A DNA stretch of 64,000 nt from the NCBI GenBank assembly GCA_013239625.1, contig MU056000.1, positions 7,541,214-7,605,213 on the forward strand, read 5' to 3'. Origin of the DNA: Lama guanicoe. Lineage: Eukaryota. The number at the start of each line of letters is the position of its first letter. Positions within the stretch are counted from its first letter, which is position 1. Made by a program: the position numbers and the translations under genes. Positions 62,646-64,000 of this stretch are shown here, piece by piece. The notes under the pieces were generated by a model that had not been told where the DNA came from, made no database searches, and worked only from the letters and a program-made list of their open reading frames with translations.

Positions 62646-64000
62646 TTTGATTTAGGAAAAATAAAGAATTGTGACTTTTTTTTGCATCTGAGTGCCTTGG
62701 AGCAAATGTGTGCCATTAGGAAAATTCTGTTGTGGTCAGAGTATGTGTAAAGTGTATTCTGAGTGCTCTTCTTCCCTTCAGTAAGATCAAGTGTTTAAGT
62801 TAATCATAATTAGATTCCCCAATCCTTTTTCCGGGTCTTAGGAGGAAGTAAGCCAGTAACAGGTTAGGGGTAGAAAGTCCCATGAGAGGTTCAGCTGAAG
62901 AGAAATTCAGGGGGGCCTGTTTCAGGAAGGATGAACTTCCTCTGGTGGGTGTTGGCCTGTTTCCACAGCATTCCTCTTCCCACTGGGTCTCATCCTGTCT
63001 CTCCCCGGCTCAGGATAACCTTGATGTTTCTCCAAGTCCTCTTCAGACCCCATATGCTCATTTCTGTCTGGGCTCCCGCCGGGCCCCCTCCCAGGATGGC
63101 CTCCCCACTGCTTTTGGTCTTTACAAGGCTTTTCCACAGTCTGATGTCTTTCAGAAAGTCTCTCCTTATCCTATCAGCCCTTCCTGACCTTCCTCGCCTC
63201 TGAACCCTGCATCTGCTATTATTTCTGAATCGCTTGTTTTGGCCTTTGTATCATGACTAAATATTACAGAGGTTCTTTTCTCTCAAGCTGGAAGCCCAGC
63301 TCTGCGGGAAATCAAAGTCCCTTTTTGACTCAAACCAGGTGCCCAATAGCTATTGCATCTGAGATGGAGGGAAGAAGGGGCCTGGAGGGCAGTGCAGTGG
63401 AGGGCAGCTGGGAGGGACCTGCCCTGGGATGCTGAGAAGCAGGAGGGCCTGCTGCCTCTAGGGGACTCAGAATCCCCTGCCCCACATTGGATGCCTGGTG
63501 GTCCTAGTCCCCAACTGTCCTAAACCCTTGATTCATGTTTCCAAATATTTGAATCAGAAAAGATGCCAGCTCTCACACTGGGCAGAGCGGGTCATGGTCA
63601 AGGCATGGGGAAGGACACGTCACTCCTTCTGAGTCAGAATTTTGTTTTGTTTTTTAGCTGAAAACAGAAGCATTGCTGACATTCTCCTTCCCAGCTGAGA
63701 GCAAGCCTGCGGCCAAGGAGACTGTCAGACTCTGGGGGACAGGCCGACACTGTCTCCGGGCCGCTCACAGCTGCGTCATCCGCATAGACAAACCTGCACA
63801 CCTGCTGGATGAGACGTCCCCTAAATGGATGTCACGCAGCCTCAGTGTGCTGGGCCTTCGGTGCACCGTCATGATGAACTGCGCGTGCCGGCTGATGTAC
63901 TAGAAGAAGCTGTTGGGTGCCGGTAAAGAGGGACAAATATGGAAAGATGTTCTGGTTGTTTGGGGATTTTTGTTGCTTGCTGGTGACAGGTGTTTTTGGA

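Noticed and set aside
63695..63921. Plus-strand exon-like segment (ttctccttcccAG ... CCG|GTAAAG)
   Set aside because: Weak donor, a stop in the long frame, an unrecognised peptide, and no partner exon visible before the window ends.
1..64000. Assignment to a specific locus or neighbouring gene
   Set aside because: No recognisable coding exon anchors synteny. This needs a BLAT/BLAST search of the unique blocks.

Overview
Mammalian, repeat-rich genomic DNA that looks intergenic or intronic. It is most likely camelid (Camelus/Vicugna/Lama), because six copies of a tRNA-derived SINE match what I recall of camelid Vic-1 and the L1 3' ends are camelid/cetartiodactyl-type. I see no intact protein-coding gene. 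The ORF-track entries are chance, shadow or repeat-derived ORFs, and two of them are decayed L1 ORF1/ORF2 remnants. The one clearly recognisable gene-derived sequence is a full-length processed pseudogene of RPL36A (30208-30607) with a 13-bp target-site duplication (TSD). The rest is layered mobile DNA: MaLR (MLT1) solo LTRs, ERV1/ERVL-type LTRs, L1, L2, MIR, and hAT/Tc-mariner MITEs, with several nested insertions. There is one 136-N assembly gap. The most unusual items are a tail-less 37-nt retrocopy of the 5' half of tRNA-Arg(TCT), an inverted L1 insertion that may carry a 3' transduction, a near-palindromic pair of CTCF-like motifs, a candidate spliced minus-strand transcript, and repeat-poor blocks with PBX-HOX/MEIS motifs. 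Repeat subfamily names come from recalled consensus similarity, not from a search. I found no convincing evidence of a wholly new biological system.
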